DNA of 24,183 nt, taken from the NCBI GenBank assembly GCA_012510745.1, contig JAAZHK010000063.1, positions 1 through 24,183 of the forward strand, in the 5' to 3' direction. This document shows, in pieces, positions 8,436-16,652 of the stretch. The DNA is from Mycoplasmatota bacterium. Lineage in GTDB: Bacteria > Bacillota_I > Bacilli_A > RF39 > UBA660. The notes beneath the pieces are model-generated. The model saw only the letters and a program-made list of their open reading frames with translations, did not search any database and was not told the origin of the DNA. The translations under genes were made by a program, and so were the position numbers. Each line of letters opens with the position of its first letter. Position 1 is the stretch's first letter.

Positions 8436-10241
8436 ATTTTCTTTCAAATACGTAATAATGTTTTCTATATCTTTCTTTTTTATTGGTTTTTTAATAACAT
8501 CATAAATACCAATTTCTTTATATTTTTTCTTAATATTAACGTCATCACTATCTGTTGTAATTATAACGGGAATATCATAACCTTCGGTTTTTAATTTATT
8601 AAATACTTGTAATCCGTTTAATTTAGGCATCTCATAATCAATAATTATTAAGTTAAACTTTTCACCATTTCTGACTTTTCTTAAACATTGTTCACCCATT
8701 ATTACTGTGTCAATAAAAATATTTTGATTTTTAAACATTTTTTTAATTCTTTCTAAATTGTTTAAATCTTCATCCACTAATAATATTTTAGGTATAGTTA
8801 AGTCTTTAATATACTCAGCCATTTGGTCATTCTTGGTGTCTTCTTCAGGGATATGTTGATCAATAGTTATAGTTATTTTAGTACCTCTATTTAATTTGCT
8901 ATTAATATTAAACGTACCACCAATTAAATTTATTATTTTGTTAACACTATTTAAATTAAGATTTCTAGATATATAATCATTATCTTCTCTTTTACTAAAA
9001 ATATTATTAATAATTTTTTGGTCAATTCCTATGCCTGAATCTTCTAAAGTTATAATTAAACGACATATTTCATATTTAATTACACTACTAACTCTTAATT
9101 CAATAAATCCTTTTTTAGTATATTTAATTGAATTTTCTATAATAGTAGTTAAAATTTGTTTAATTTTAATAGAATCTCCAAATAAATACTCTGGAATATT
9201 ATTTTCTACCGACACTCTAAAATCAATACTTTCTTTGATTTTATTTTTAGCTGCTAAAGTTGTCTCTTTTATAAGATTCTTTACATTATATTTATTATCA
9301 ATTTTTTCTATTTTTATTATATCTTCTTCACTAATATTTAAGGTTTGATTTATCATTTTATTAGATCCATCTACTATAGATTGTAATTTATGTAAATTTG
9401 ATTTTATAACATCAACATCATTGCTAGCAAGTGTTTCAGTAATATTAGATTTCATTAAAATTATTCTTTTTTTCATTTCTTGAGTTATATTAAAAATAAA
9501 GTTGGATTTATCTGTATTTAATTGTTCTGCTTTATCTTTTGAAAGCTTTATTTCTTCAACTAATTTTAAATCCGGATTTTCAATGGTAAAGTACATTAAC
9601 AATACTGCGAAAGAAAAAGGGAGTGAATTTAATAATATTCCTGGATTAATTTGCCTTAAAAACAAAGCTAATCCTGAAATAATAATGAATATAAATAATG
9701 GTAAATATTTTATAAATCTCTTTTTATTCGTTCTAAATATTAAAGCAATAAACCAAGAAAAAAAGTACATTCCATATATTATTACAATAAAATCAGTTGC
9801 AGGCCCATAAGAATAAGAATAAACACCATCATTAAACTGATCAATTCTTAAAGTAATAATTTTAAATAAACATACTGCTATAAAAATTATAAATATAATA
9901 AACAATATTTTCATTTTTTTTGAATTAAATTTTTTTATAATCTTTTCTTTTTCACTAAAAGCAATTTTAAAAATATACACAGTAAAAACTGTTACCCAAT
10001 TAAAAATTGTTATTAAAAATAGTCTGTTTAAAAACATATTATACAATGAATATGAATCAACTTTCAATAAAACATTAACACACAAATGAAGTTCTATAAA
10101 CATATTAACAAGAGCTAAGATTAATAATACATTATATATATTTGTTTCGAAATTTTTAGTTTTTTTCTTTAAGAAATAAAGGATAGATATTATAATAGTA
10201 TAAATAAAACTGCAACCTATTGCTGACATACCTATTAACAT
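8433..10241 (-). CDS. 7TM hybrid sensor histidine-kinase-like protein with C-terminal receiver domain (kinase core degenerate)
   Basis: About 7 hydrophobic segments in the first ~220 aa. DHp-like KSNFIFNITQEMKKR (no His). HATPase remnants ENSIKYT and LEDSGIGI. REC domain LLVDED, IIIDYEMPKLNG, VIKKP. RBS GGAGGT. Confidence 0.88.
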   Translation of the reverse strand: MLIGMSAIGCSFIYTIIISILYFLKKKTKNFETNIYNVLLILALVNMFIELHLCVNVLLKVDSYSLYNMFLNRLFLITIFNWVTVFTVYIFKIAFSEKEKIIKKFNSKKMKILFIIFIIFIAVCLFKIITLRIDQFNDGVYSYSYGPATDFIVIIYGMYFFSWFIALIFRTNKKRFIKYLPLFIFIIISGLALFLRQINPGILLNSLPFSFAVLLMYFTIENPDLKLVEEIKLSKDKAEQLNTDKSNFIFNITQEMKKRIILMKSNITETLASNDVDVIKSNLHKLQSIVDGSNKMINQTLNISEEDIIKIEKIDNKYNVKNLIKETTLAAKNKIKESIDFRVSVENNIPEYLFGDSIKIKQILTTIIENSIKYTKKGFIELRVSSVIKYEICRLIITLEDSGIGIDQKIINNIFSKREDNDYISRNLNLNSVNKIINLIGGTFNINSKLNRGTKITITIDQHIPEEDTKNDQMAEYIKDLTIPKILLVDEDLNNLERIKKMFKNQNIFIDTVIMGEQCLRKVRNGEKFNLIIIDYEMPKLNGLQVFNKLKTEGYDIPVIITTDSDDVNIKKKYKEIGIYDVIKKPIKKKDIENIITYLKEN

Positions 10242-10278
10242 TAATTATTTACCTCCATTCAATTATTGCTTTATATAA

Positions 10279-10287
10279 ATTATATCA
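10279..10287 (-). promoter_or_regulatory. Extended -10 element (TGATATAAT) upstream of the kinase-like gene
   Basis: TGnTATAAT in the intergenic region, downstream of the preceding terminator. Confidence 0.5.
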
Positions 10288-10342
10288 TGTAAGTTTTAAT
10301 ATTCCATAGTTTTTTTATTTTTAACAATTTAATTCTTTTGTT

Positions 10343-10365
10343 AAAAAACGAGAATTACTCGTTTA
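10343..10365 (-). terminator. Intrinsic terminator after the adenylate-forming enzyme gene
   Basis: AAACGAG(10346-10352)/CTCGTTT(10358-10364), 5-nt loop, T-run. Overlaps the stop at 10363-10365. Confidence 0.75.
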
Positions 10366-12282
10366 TTTTTTTACAAATATTTTTTGCGGTTTCGGTGGAA
10401 TTGTTTTTTTTATATCATTTAAATCGTTAATTACTTGATATAAAGGTTCAGCGTTTTCTGGAAATGCTACTTTCATAATATTTCCTTCATCATTTATAGT
10501 ATAATAAGTAGTTCTTTCATCACGCAATGTGATAATTTCTCTTTTATCAGTTGATAAACTACGAGCAAAATGAGTTCTAAAAATTAGCCCCTCAGGAACA
10601 AATTTATCTTCTATTCCATAAGATTCATAAATATGTTTTATAATATTAGCAGGATTCACTTCTGGAGCTACAACTAAGTTTACTACTGGTGTTCCAGATT
10701 CATTGTCGTTATTATGAGGAATTAATAAAGCTTCTGCTTCTATTATACCAGGTATATTTAATAATTTATCTCTCATGTCAAATAAAAATGCACCTTTATT
10801 TAAATCTATCGAATCAACCTTCCCATCAGTAAAAGTAATACCCGGAGTATATCTTTTGTTATCTTGAGTTGGTACAACAAAATCATGAACTCTACCATTT
10901 ATTGAATATATTGGATGTCCATTATATTCTCCAGTAATCGTAGCAATATCATTATTGGTTCCCCAAATATTTCCGTCTTCATCTGTATAATTAAAAAAGT
11001 CTTCCGTCGCTTTTTTATTATGTAAATATTCTTTCATTTGCCAACCACACCTAGCATATAAGATTCCTCTTTCTCCAATTTTGCTTTCTTTCCATGTGGA
11101 AGGGTTTAATATCATTGCTTTAGCACCGGGGATTAATATACCTGTTTCATTACTTCTGTTTTCAACTCCATAAGTAGTCATTATAGCTGAGCCAAATTCT
11201 GTACTACCTCCACCTATAACTATTGGTTCTGATCCTGCCCATTTAAGCCTTTCATTAACTAATTTAGTTGGACCTAAGGGTGTTGGTTCACCTCCACAAC
11301 TAGGTTTCAGTTTATTTAAATCTCCTTTTTTTAACGGAGAATGAGCCACTGCAACATAAAGTCCAAAAGGAGATATTACATCGCTTATTTCATCTTCAAT
11401 AAGAGCCTTTGTGATTTGAGCCGGCTCAAATGCTCCAGGATTGTAAATAATATTAGCCCCAGATGCTCTACGAAGTAACAATCCATAATATTGGCTAGTT
11501 ATGTGTGATATAGGAATAAGTAATAATGACTTGTCTCCTTCATTAACACTAAAATCTGGAAATGTCTCTTTTTCATGAGCTTTCAATAACTCAATTATAG
11601 ATTTATGAGAATGAACAGCACAATTTGGAACTCCAGTGGTTGTTCCGCCTGTATTAGAATATGTTGCGCTATAATCTAAAAGATTTAATTTTTGTTTTTC
11701 TGTTGGTAATACAATTTTGTTTTCAGTTGCTCTTTTTAATTCACCGGGATACACAATTTCAATATTTTTAGGTAATTCTAAGAAATTAATCATTTCTTTA
11801 AAATTAAATTGTTTATTATAAATTGCCTCTTTTTCTTCAGTTCTATAATCGCCTGCAGAAGTAAATATAATTCGTTTTACAATATTTTTTCCATTATTAT
11901 TTCCTAAATCTTTTAAAGCTTTTTTCATATTAGGTGTAATATATTCAACACTTAATATAATTGTTTCTGATCCTTTTTCTGTAGTGTGTTTTTTTACATC
12001 GCTATTAAAAAAGGATAAACTTACTGTACTAACTATTGCACCAAGCTCAAGTAATGCCATATAAATAAATTCATATTCTGGAGCATTTAAATTGCATATA
12101 GTAACTGGTTTTTCACATCCATAAAAAAATCCTAGTGATATAAAATATCTTTTATATTGTTCTATTTTCTCCCAATATTCTTTGCGTGTAATTTTATTTC
12201 CGTCAAATTCTATTGAAATACCTTCTCTGTTTCTTTCTTTTTCTCTTTTTTTAATATAATCTACTACTGACTTATAATTCAC
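10363..12282 (-). CDS. Class I adenylate-forming (ANL/AMP-binding) enzyme, acyl-CoA synthetase-like, divergent
   Basis: GTG start, RBS GGGGGA. P-loop-like YSNTGGTTTGVPNCAVHSH, LIPISHI, CGGEP, GGSTE, ND(I), NGRVHD, and DKR corresponding to the A10 Lys. Substrate cannot be determined. Confidence 0.85.
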   Translation of the reverse strand: MNYKSVVDYIKKREKERNREGISIEFDGNKITRKEYWEKIEQYKRYFISLGFFYGCEKPVTICNLNAPEYEFIYMALLELGAIVSTVSLSFFNSDVKKHTTEKGSETIILSVEYITPNMKKALKDLGNNNGKNIVKRIIFTSAGDYRTEEKEAIYNKQFNFKEMINFLELPKNIEIVYPGELKRATENKIVLPTEKQKLNLLDYSATYSNTGGTTTGVPNCAVHSHKSIIELLKAHEKETFPDFSVNEGDKSLLLIPISHITSQYYGLLLRRASGANIIYNPGAFEPAQITKALIEDEISDVISPFGLYVAVAHSPLKKGDLNKLKPSCGGEPTPLGPTKLVNERLKWAGSEPIVIGGGSTEFGSAIMTTYGVENRSNETGILIPGAKAMILNPSTWKESKIGERGILYARCGWQMKEYLHNKKATEDFFNYTDEDGNIWGTNNDIATITGEYNGHPIYSINGRVHDFVVPTQDNKRYTPGITFTDGKVDSIDLNKGAFLFDMRDKLLNIPGIIEAEALLIPHNNDNESGTPVVNLVVAPEVNPANIIKHIYESYGIEDKFVPEGLIFRTHFARSLSTDKREIITLRDERTTYYTINDEGNIMKVAFPENAEPLYQVINDLNDIKKTIPPKPQKIFVKK

Positions 12283-12321
12283 TTTTATTCCCCCATATAT
12301 TTATAAAATAAATTATTTCAT

Positions 12322-12350
12322 ATTATATCAAAATAATTTACTTTTTGCAA
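12322..12350 (-). promoter_or_regulatory. SigA-type promoter TTGCAA-N17-TATAAT with extended -10 TG
   Basis: -35 TTGCAA at 12350-12345, 17-nt spacer ending in TGA, -10 TATAAT at 12327-12322. Confidence 0.7.
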
Positions 12351-12438
12351 ATTTATATTAATATTTTGTTAGTTAAATAGAAAAATGCAAATTACTATTT
12401 ATTAAATTATGGTTATTATGCTTAGCTACATCATAGTT

Positions 12439-12843
12439 TTAATAGCGATCTTTACCCCACCATTTATGGAACGTTTCTTTTAATTTAATCGTTTTAAATG
12501 AATCTAAATCAACTAATATTTCTAGTTCTTTATTTTTTTCAGCTAACTGGAGAAAGAATTCACTGCAAGCTCCACAAGGGGTCATTAAACGCCCATCACG
12601 GTAAAGACAAACTAATTTCGTTACCTCGTTTTCGCCATTAGTCAACATATTCATAATAGCATTTCTTTCAGCACAAGTACCTAATGAACATCTAGTATCG
12701 ACATTAACACCAGTAAAGATATTTCCTTTACTAGTCATTAAAGCACATGAGATGCCACCGGCTGTTATAAATGGACTGTATTCATTATATTTTTGAATAG
12801 ATTTAGCTTTTTTATATAATCTTTTAAAATCAGATTTAGACAT
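12439..12843 (-). CDS. cdd: Cytidine deaminase (tetrameric, Cys3-Zn type)
   Basis: CAERNAI and PCGAC zinc motifs. The start overlaps the gpmI stop by 8 nt. Confidence 0.88.
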   Translation of the reverse strand: MSKSDFKRLYKKAKSIQKYNEYSPFITAGGISCALMTSKGNIFTGVNVDTRCSLGTCAERNAIMNMLTNGENEVTKLVCLYRDGRLMTPCGACSEFFLQLAEKNKELEILVDLDSFKTIKLKETFHKWWGKDRY

Positions 12844-14350
12844 GAGTTTCTCCTTTCAATAATGACGTCCCTGTCATTTCTTTAGGAATTTTAATATTCA
12901 TAATATCTAAAATGGTAGGAGCAATATCAACAAGACTTCCATTATTTAATTGATATTCTTTATTGACAATAATAAAGGGTACTTTATTATTAGTATGAGT
13001 TTTGTCGGGCATATTATCATCGCTTATCATATGTTCACAATTACCATGATCTGATGTAATTATCCAAATATATTTATCTAGATCTATATTTTTTAAAATT
13101 TTTCCAATACACTGATCAATAGATTCTACTCCTTTAATAGCTGCCTCTAATATTCCTGTGTGACCCAAGGCATCTCCGTTAGGATAATTGGCAACAATCA
13201 AATCATAATTAGATTTAGTACTTTCTATAATAGCGTCTGTAATTGATGCTGATCTCATAGCTGGACTTTCATCATAAGTAAATACGTTTTCACGCTCAAA
13301 GATTAAACGATCCTCTAATGGAAATGGCTTTTTAGTACAACCGCTAAAAAAATAAGTTACATGTGGTTGTTTTTCAGATTCACTTATTCGTATTTGTCTC
13401 TTATTTAATTGGCTTAAATAATCTCCTAAAGTGTTATTTAGATAAGGTTCTGAAAAAGCTACGGTAATATTGTTGTTTTTATCATATTCAGTCATAGTAA
13501 TGAAAGTTAAAGGGGTTAAAAATCTTTTTCTTGGAAAAAAATTAAAATTAGAATTACTAATACTGCTTAAAAATTGTAGCATACGATCAGATCGATAATT
13601 AAAGAAAATAATGCTATCATTTGCTTGTATTGGAACTTTTTTAATAACAGTTGGTAAAATAAATTCATCAGTTATATTGTTTTTATAAGATGTTTCTATT
13701 ACTTCATAAATATTATTAGCTAAAGGACCCTCTCCATCAACAATAGCGTTATAAGCCTTTTGAGTTAAATCATAATTACTATCTCTATTCATCAGATAAT
13801 ATCTTCCTCCTACAGTAATAATCTCCCCAATACCTATTTGTTTTATTTTATCTTCAAGTATCTTTAAATATTTTTTAGCAACCTTAGGTTCTGTATCTCT
13901 TCCATCTAATAAAGCATGAATATAAACTTGTTTAAAATTTTGCATATAACAAAAATCGAGCAAAGCTAATAAATGATCAAGATGAGAATGAATTCCTCCA
14001 TCAGAGACTAAACCAATAAGATGAATATTAGTATTATTTTCTTTGCAATTATTAATAGCTTTTAAAAAGGCTTTGTTTTGATAAAAAGTTTCTTCTAATA
14101 TGCTTTTATTAATTCTAATTAAATCCTGTTCAATAAGGCGACCTGACCCTATAGACATATGACCAACTTCACTATTACCAACTTGATTTTTTGGTAAACC
14201 AACTGCTAAACCACTGGCTTCTAATAAAGAATTAGGAAAATTACTCATTATATAGTCAATATTAGGAGTATGTGCTTGTTTAAAAGCATTTCCTTTTTTT
14301 TGAGAGCTAATACCAACTCCATCTAAAACAGTTAATATAACTTTTTTCAT
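12836..14350 (-). CDS. gpmI: 2,3-bisphosphoglycerate-independent phosphoglycerate mutase
   Basis: VLDG, phosphoserine motif GNSEVGH, DGGIHSH, LDGRD, GRYY, EKQPHVTYFF, NGDALGHTG, SDHGN, HT. Metal ligands are present. RBS AGGAGG. Confidence 0.96.
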   Translation of the reverse strand: MKKVILTVLDGVGISSQKKGNAFKQAHTPNIDYIMSNFPNSLLEASGLAVGLPKNQVGNSEVGHMSIGSGRLIEQDLIRINKSILEETFYQNKAFLKAINNCKENNTNIHLIGLVSDGGIHSHLDHLLALLDFCYMQNFKQVYIHALLDGRDTEPKVAKKYLKILEDKIKQIGIGEIITVGGRYYLMNRDSNYDLTQKAYNAIVDGEGPLANNIYEVIETSYKNNITDEFILPTVIKKVPIQANDSIIFFNYRSDRMLQFLSSISNSNFNFFPRKRFLTPLTFITMTEYDKNNNITVAFSEPYLNNTLGDYLSQLNKRQIRISESEKQPHVTYFFSGCTKKPFPLEDRLIFERENVFTYDESPAMRSASITDAIIESTKSNYDLIVANYPNGDALGHTGILEAAIKGVESIDQCIGKILKNIDLDKYIWIITSDHGNCEHMISDDNMPDKTHTNNKVPFIIVNKEYQLNNGSLVDIAPTILDIMNIKIPKEMTGTSLLKGETHV

Positions 14351-14358
14351 ATATCCTC

Positions 14359-15627
14359 CTATAAAACATCTCTTAAACAGAAAATAGCATAAACTGGTAT
14401 ATATTTAACCTCTTTTTTAAAACTAAAATTATTCTCTGTAATACGAAACGCTTCCTTTAAATCGAATTTATTCATTAACAAAGTTAAAGCTTTAGCTTTA
14501 GTTAAATTAGGGTTTACAATTTCAATAGGAATAACTTTACCTTGTCTAGAGTTGATAATAAAATTTACCATAGCTTTTCCTTCGGATTGATAATAATATA
14601 AATTATAACCTAAAGAATTTAAAGTATTAGCAACTGCTGTTTCATATAAAATGTTCTTCATATTATTATTCATAAATAATTTATTTTGAGTTAAATGCAT
14701 TTTAGTATATAAAAGACCTGTGTCGGGTAAAAATAATTTGAAACTATCATTGTCTTTTTCTTTATTTAAGGGAATAACAATATTACTTATTTTATAGGAA
14801 CGATATATTAAATTGTTATTACATAAAAAATCAATACTATTTTCATAATCACTGGCTCTACTTCCTGTTTTCATAACGTTATATTGAAATTTAGGATTAT
14901 TTTTTTGTAATTGAGAGGCAATAGCGTCTATAATATCAACTGATCTAGTAATATCAATTAAATTTTTATTTAAAACAGTATCACTTTTCATAATGTTAAT
15001 AATTTTTTGATGAACACTTCTTACTTTATTTAAATCTTTAGTTTTTAAGTAACATTCAATAGCTTCTGGCATACTTCCAGTTATTAAGTATTCTTCAAAA
15101 TATTCTAATGCTAATGAATGAAAAGGCATAGAATTTCCTGTTTTAAAGGAATCTTTAATAAATAATATTAATTGCTCCTTGTTTTGAGCTTTTAGATATT
15201 CTTCGAAATCCATACTATACATTGTTTTAATTTGAATCTCTTCACCTTTAAGACTTTCTATCATCTCTTTTATATTAGTAATTAAAATAACGTGATATTT
15301 ACTTCCATTAAAACCTTTTAAGCTTTTAAAAAGTTTTTTATTATTAAAATTATCAAAAATAATTAAACTATCGTTTTCAAAAATAGTTTCACCTGTTAAA
15401 CTAGATAATTTATTAACCATTTTTTCAAGTACTGTTTCTTTACTTAAAATGTTTGTTAATTCCGAATTTATATTAGTATCAAAATAAATAATATTTTTAT
15501 ATTCTTTATTACCAAAATTTAATACTGAATAAGTTTTACCTATTTGTCTTGGACCATATATTAATAAAGGTTTTTTATTAATATCCCTTTTCCACTTAAG
15601 TAATTCTTTTGTTATCTTTCGTTCCAT
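14359..15627 (-). CDS. AAA_14 / DUF4143 family ATPase-like protein (Walker B and C-terminal nuclease-like motif degenerate)
   Basis: MERKI..LLKWK...KPLLIYGPRQIGKT (Walker A), MYSMDFEEYL, YLITGSMPEAI, KLFLPDTGLL, IPIE. Overall layout matches the family. Confidence 0.85.
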   Translation of the reverse strand: MERKITKELLKWKRDINKKPLLIYGPRQIGKTYSVLNFGNKEYKNIIYFDTNINSELTNILSKETVLEKMVNKLSSLTGETIFENDSLIIFDNFNNKKLFKSLKGFNGSKYHVILITNIKEMIESLKGEEIQIKTMYSMDFEEYLKAQNKEQLILFIKDSFKTGNSMPFHSLALEYFEEYLITGSMPEAIECYLKTKDLNKVRSVHQKIINIMKSDTVLNKNLIDITRSVDIIDAIASQLQKNNPKFQYNVMKTGSRASDYENSIDFLCNNNLIYRSYKISNIVIPLNKEKDNDSFKLFLPDTGLLYTKMHLTQNKLFMNNNMKNILYETAVANTLNSLGYNLYYYQSEGKAMVNFIINSRQGKVIPIEIVNPNLTKAKALTLLMNKFDLKEAFRITENNFSFKKEVKYIPVYAIFCLRDVL

Positions 15628-15672
15628 AAATCGCCTTCTCCTTACAGATTATTTGTTTTTTAACTTAATACA

Positions 15673-15701
15673 AGTATATATTATTGTAAAATCTTTGTCA
15701 A
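15673..15701 (-). promoter_or_regulatory. Near-consensus SigA promoter TTGACA-N17-TATACT
   Basis: -35 at 15701-15696, -10 at 15678-15673, exact 17-nt spacer. Would drive ATPase-like gene, gpmI and cdd. Confidence 0.8.
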
Positions 15702-15709
15702 TTTATTTC

Positions 15710-15737
15710 AAAAAAAAAGACCTATACTTCTGGTCTA
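15710..15737 (-). terminator. Intrinsic terminator after spo0A
   Basis: AGACC(15718-15722)/GGTCT(15732-15736), 9-nt loop, long T-run on the minus strand. Overlaps the TAG stop. Confidence 0.7.
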
Positions 15738-16508
15738 CCTTGAGCCTACTTTATGGAAATCTAATCTTAACTTATCTGCTACTGTAACAATAAATTCTGA
15801 ATTAGTAGGTTTTGCTTTATCAATATCAACACTATGTCCAAAGATTTCTTCCATAAGATCCCAACTACCTCTATTCCAACTTATTTCAATAGCGTGTCTA
15901 ATTGCTCTTTCGACTCTTGAAACAGTTGTTTCAAATTTAGAAGCAATATCAGGATATAACTCTTTAGTAATACCACCTATAACTTCTGGTTTTTCATATA
16001 TAATTGAGATGCCTTCTCTTATATATTGATATCCTTTAATATGGGAGGGAATACCCAATTCATGTAACACTTTAGTAATAGAGATTTGTAAATTATTATG
16101 ATAAATATCAATAGTTTTATTTCCATTCGAGGTATTAGTTACACATTCAGTTATCCTTCTTTCTAAATCAGACAACTCAAATGGTTTTAAAATAAAATAA
16201 TTAATCCCGAATTCAGAAACTTTTCTAATCATATCTTGAGCGTTATATGACGTTAAAACAATAATTTTAGCATCTATTCCTCTTTGATTTATTTCCTCTA
16301 ATACTGCTATGCCGTCTTTTTTAGGCATTATTAAGTCTAGCAAGATAACATCATAATCATTCTTTTTTTCTTCTATTAATTTTAGTCCTTCATCACCGTC
16401 ATAAGCTGTATATGTTACTTCAATGTTTGCGTGATCTTCGAAATACTCCTTTATCATTTTTACTAATTCGATATTGTCATCGATCATTAAAATTTTTGTT
16501 TTTTTCAT
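15735..16508 (-). CDS. spo0A: Sporulation master regulator Spo0A
   Basis: Start placed at ATG 16508 (RBS AAGGAG). Receiver IDDN, LLDLIMP, LT, LKPF. Spo0A C-terminal domain [50 protein letters not shown]. Confidence 0.97.
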   Translation of the reverse strand: MKKTKILMIDDNIELVKMIKEYFEDHANIEVTYTAYDGDEGLKLIEEKKNDYDVILLDLIMPKKDGIAVLEEINQRGIDAKIIVLTSYNAQDMIRKVSEFGINYFILKPFELSDLERRITECVTNTSNGNKTIDIYHNNLQISITKVLHELGIPSHIKGYQYIREGISIIYEKPEVIGGITKELYPDIASKFETTVSRVERAIRHAIEISWNRGSWDLMEEIFGHSVDIDKAKPTNSEFIVTVADKLRLDFHKVGSR

Positions 16509-16598
16509 GGTTCTCCTTTCTCTTGTACTTCCCACGCTATTTTATTATATAGTAATAGAATTTTAATTAAAAGAGCAAAAAAACACTACTTTTGTCTA

Positions 16599-16628
16599 AT
16601 TATGTATAATATTATCTTTTTTTGTCAA
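16599..16628 (-). promoter_or_regulatory. Candidate SigA promoter of spo0A: TTGACA-N18-CATAAT
   Basis: -35 at 16628-16623, -10 at 16604-16599. A second TATAAT at 16549-16544 lacks a -35. Confidence 0.5.
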
Positions 16629-16652
16629 AAAAAGATATTTTTCATATCTTTT
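16627..16652 (-). terminator. Intrinsic terminator after tpiA
   Basis: AAAAGATAT(16630-16638)/ATATCTTTT(16644-16652), 5-nt loop, T-run. The TGA stop lies within the hairpin. Confidence 0.6.

Noticed and set aside
12400-12438. Terminator or sRNA downstream of cdd
   Set aside because: Only short weak pairings (TATG/CATA) and no T-tract; not supportable.
12836-14350. Possible degeneration of GpmI (MNRD for MDRD, ISESEK for IAETEK)
   Set aside because: The phosphoserine, metal ligands and substrate Arg/Lys residues are present, so this looks like ordinary divergence.
16509-16641. SigH-dependent spo0A promoter
   Set aside because: No AGGA-N-GAAT pair with suitable spacing was found.
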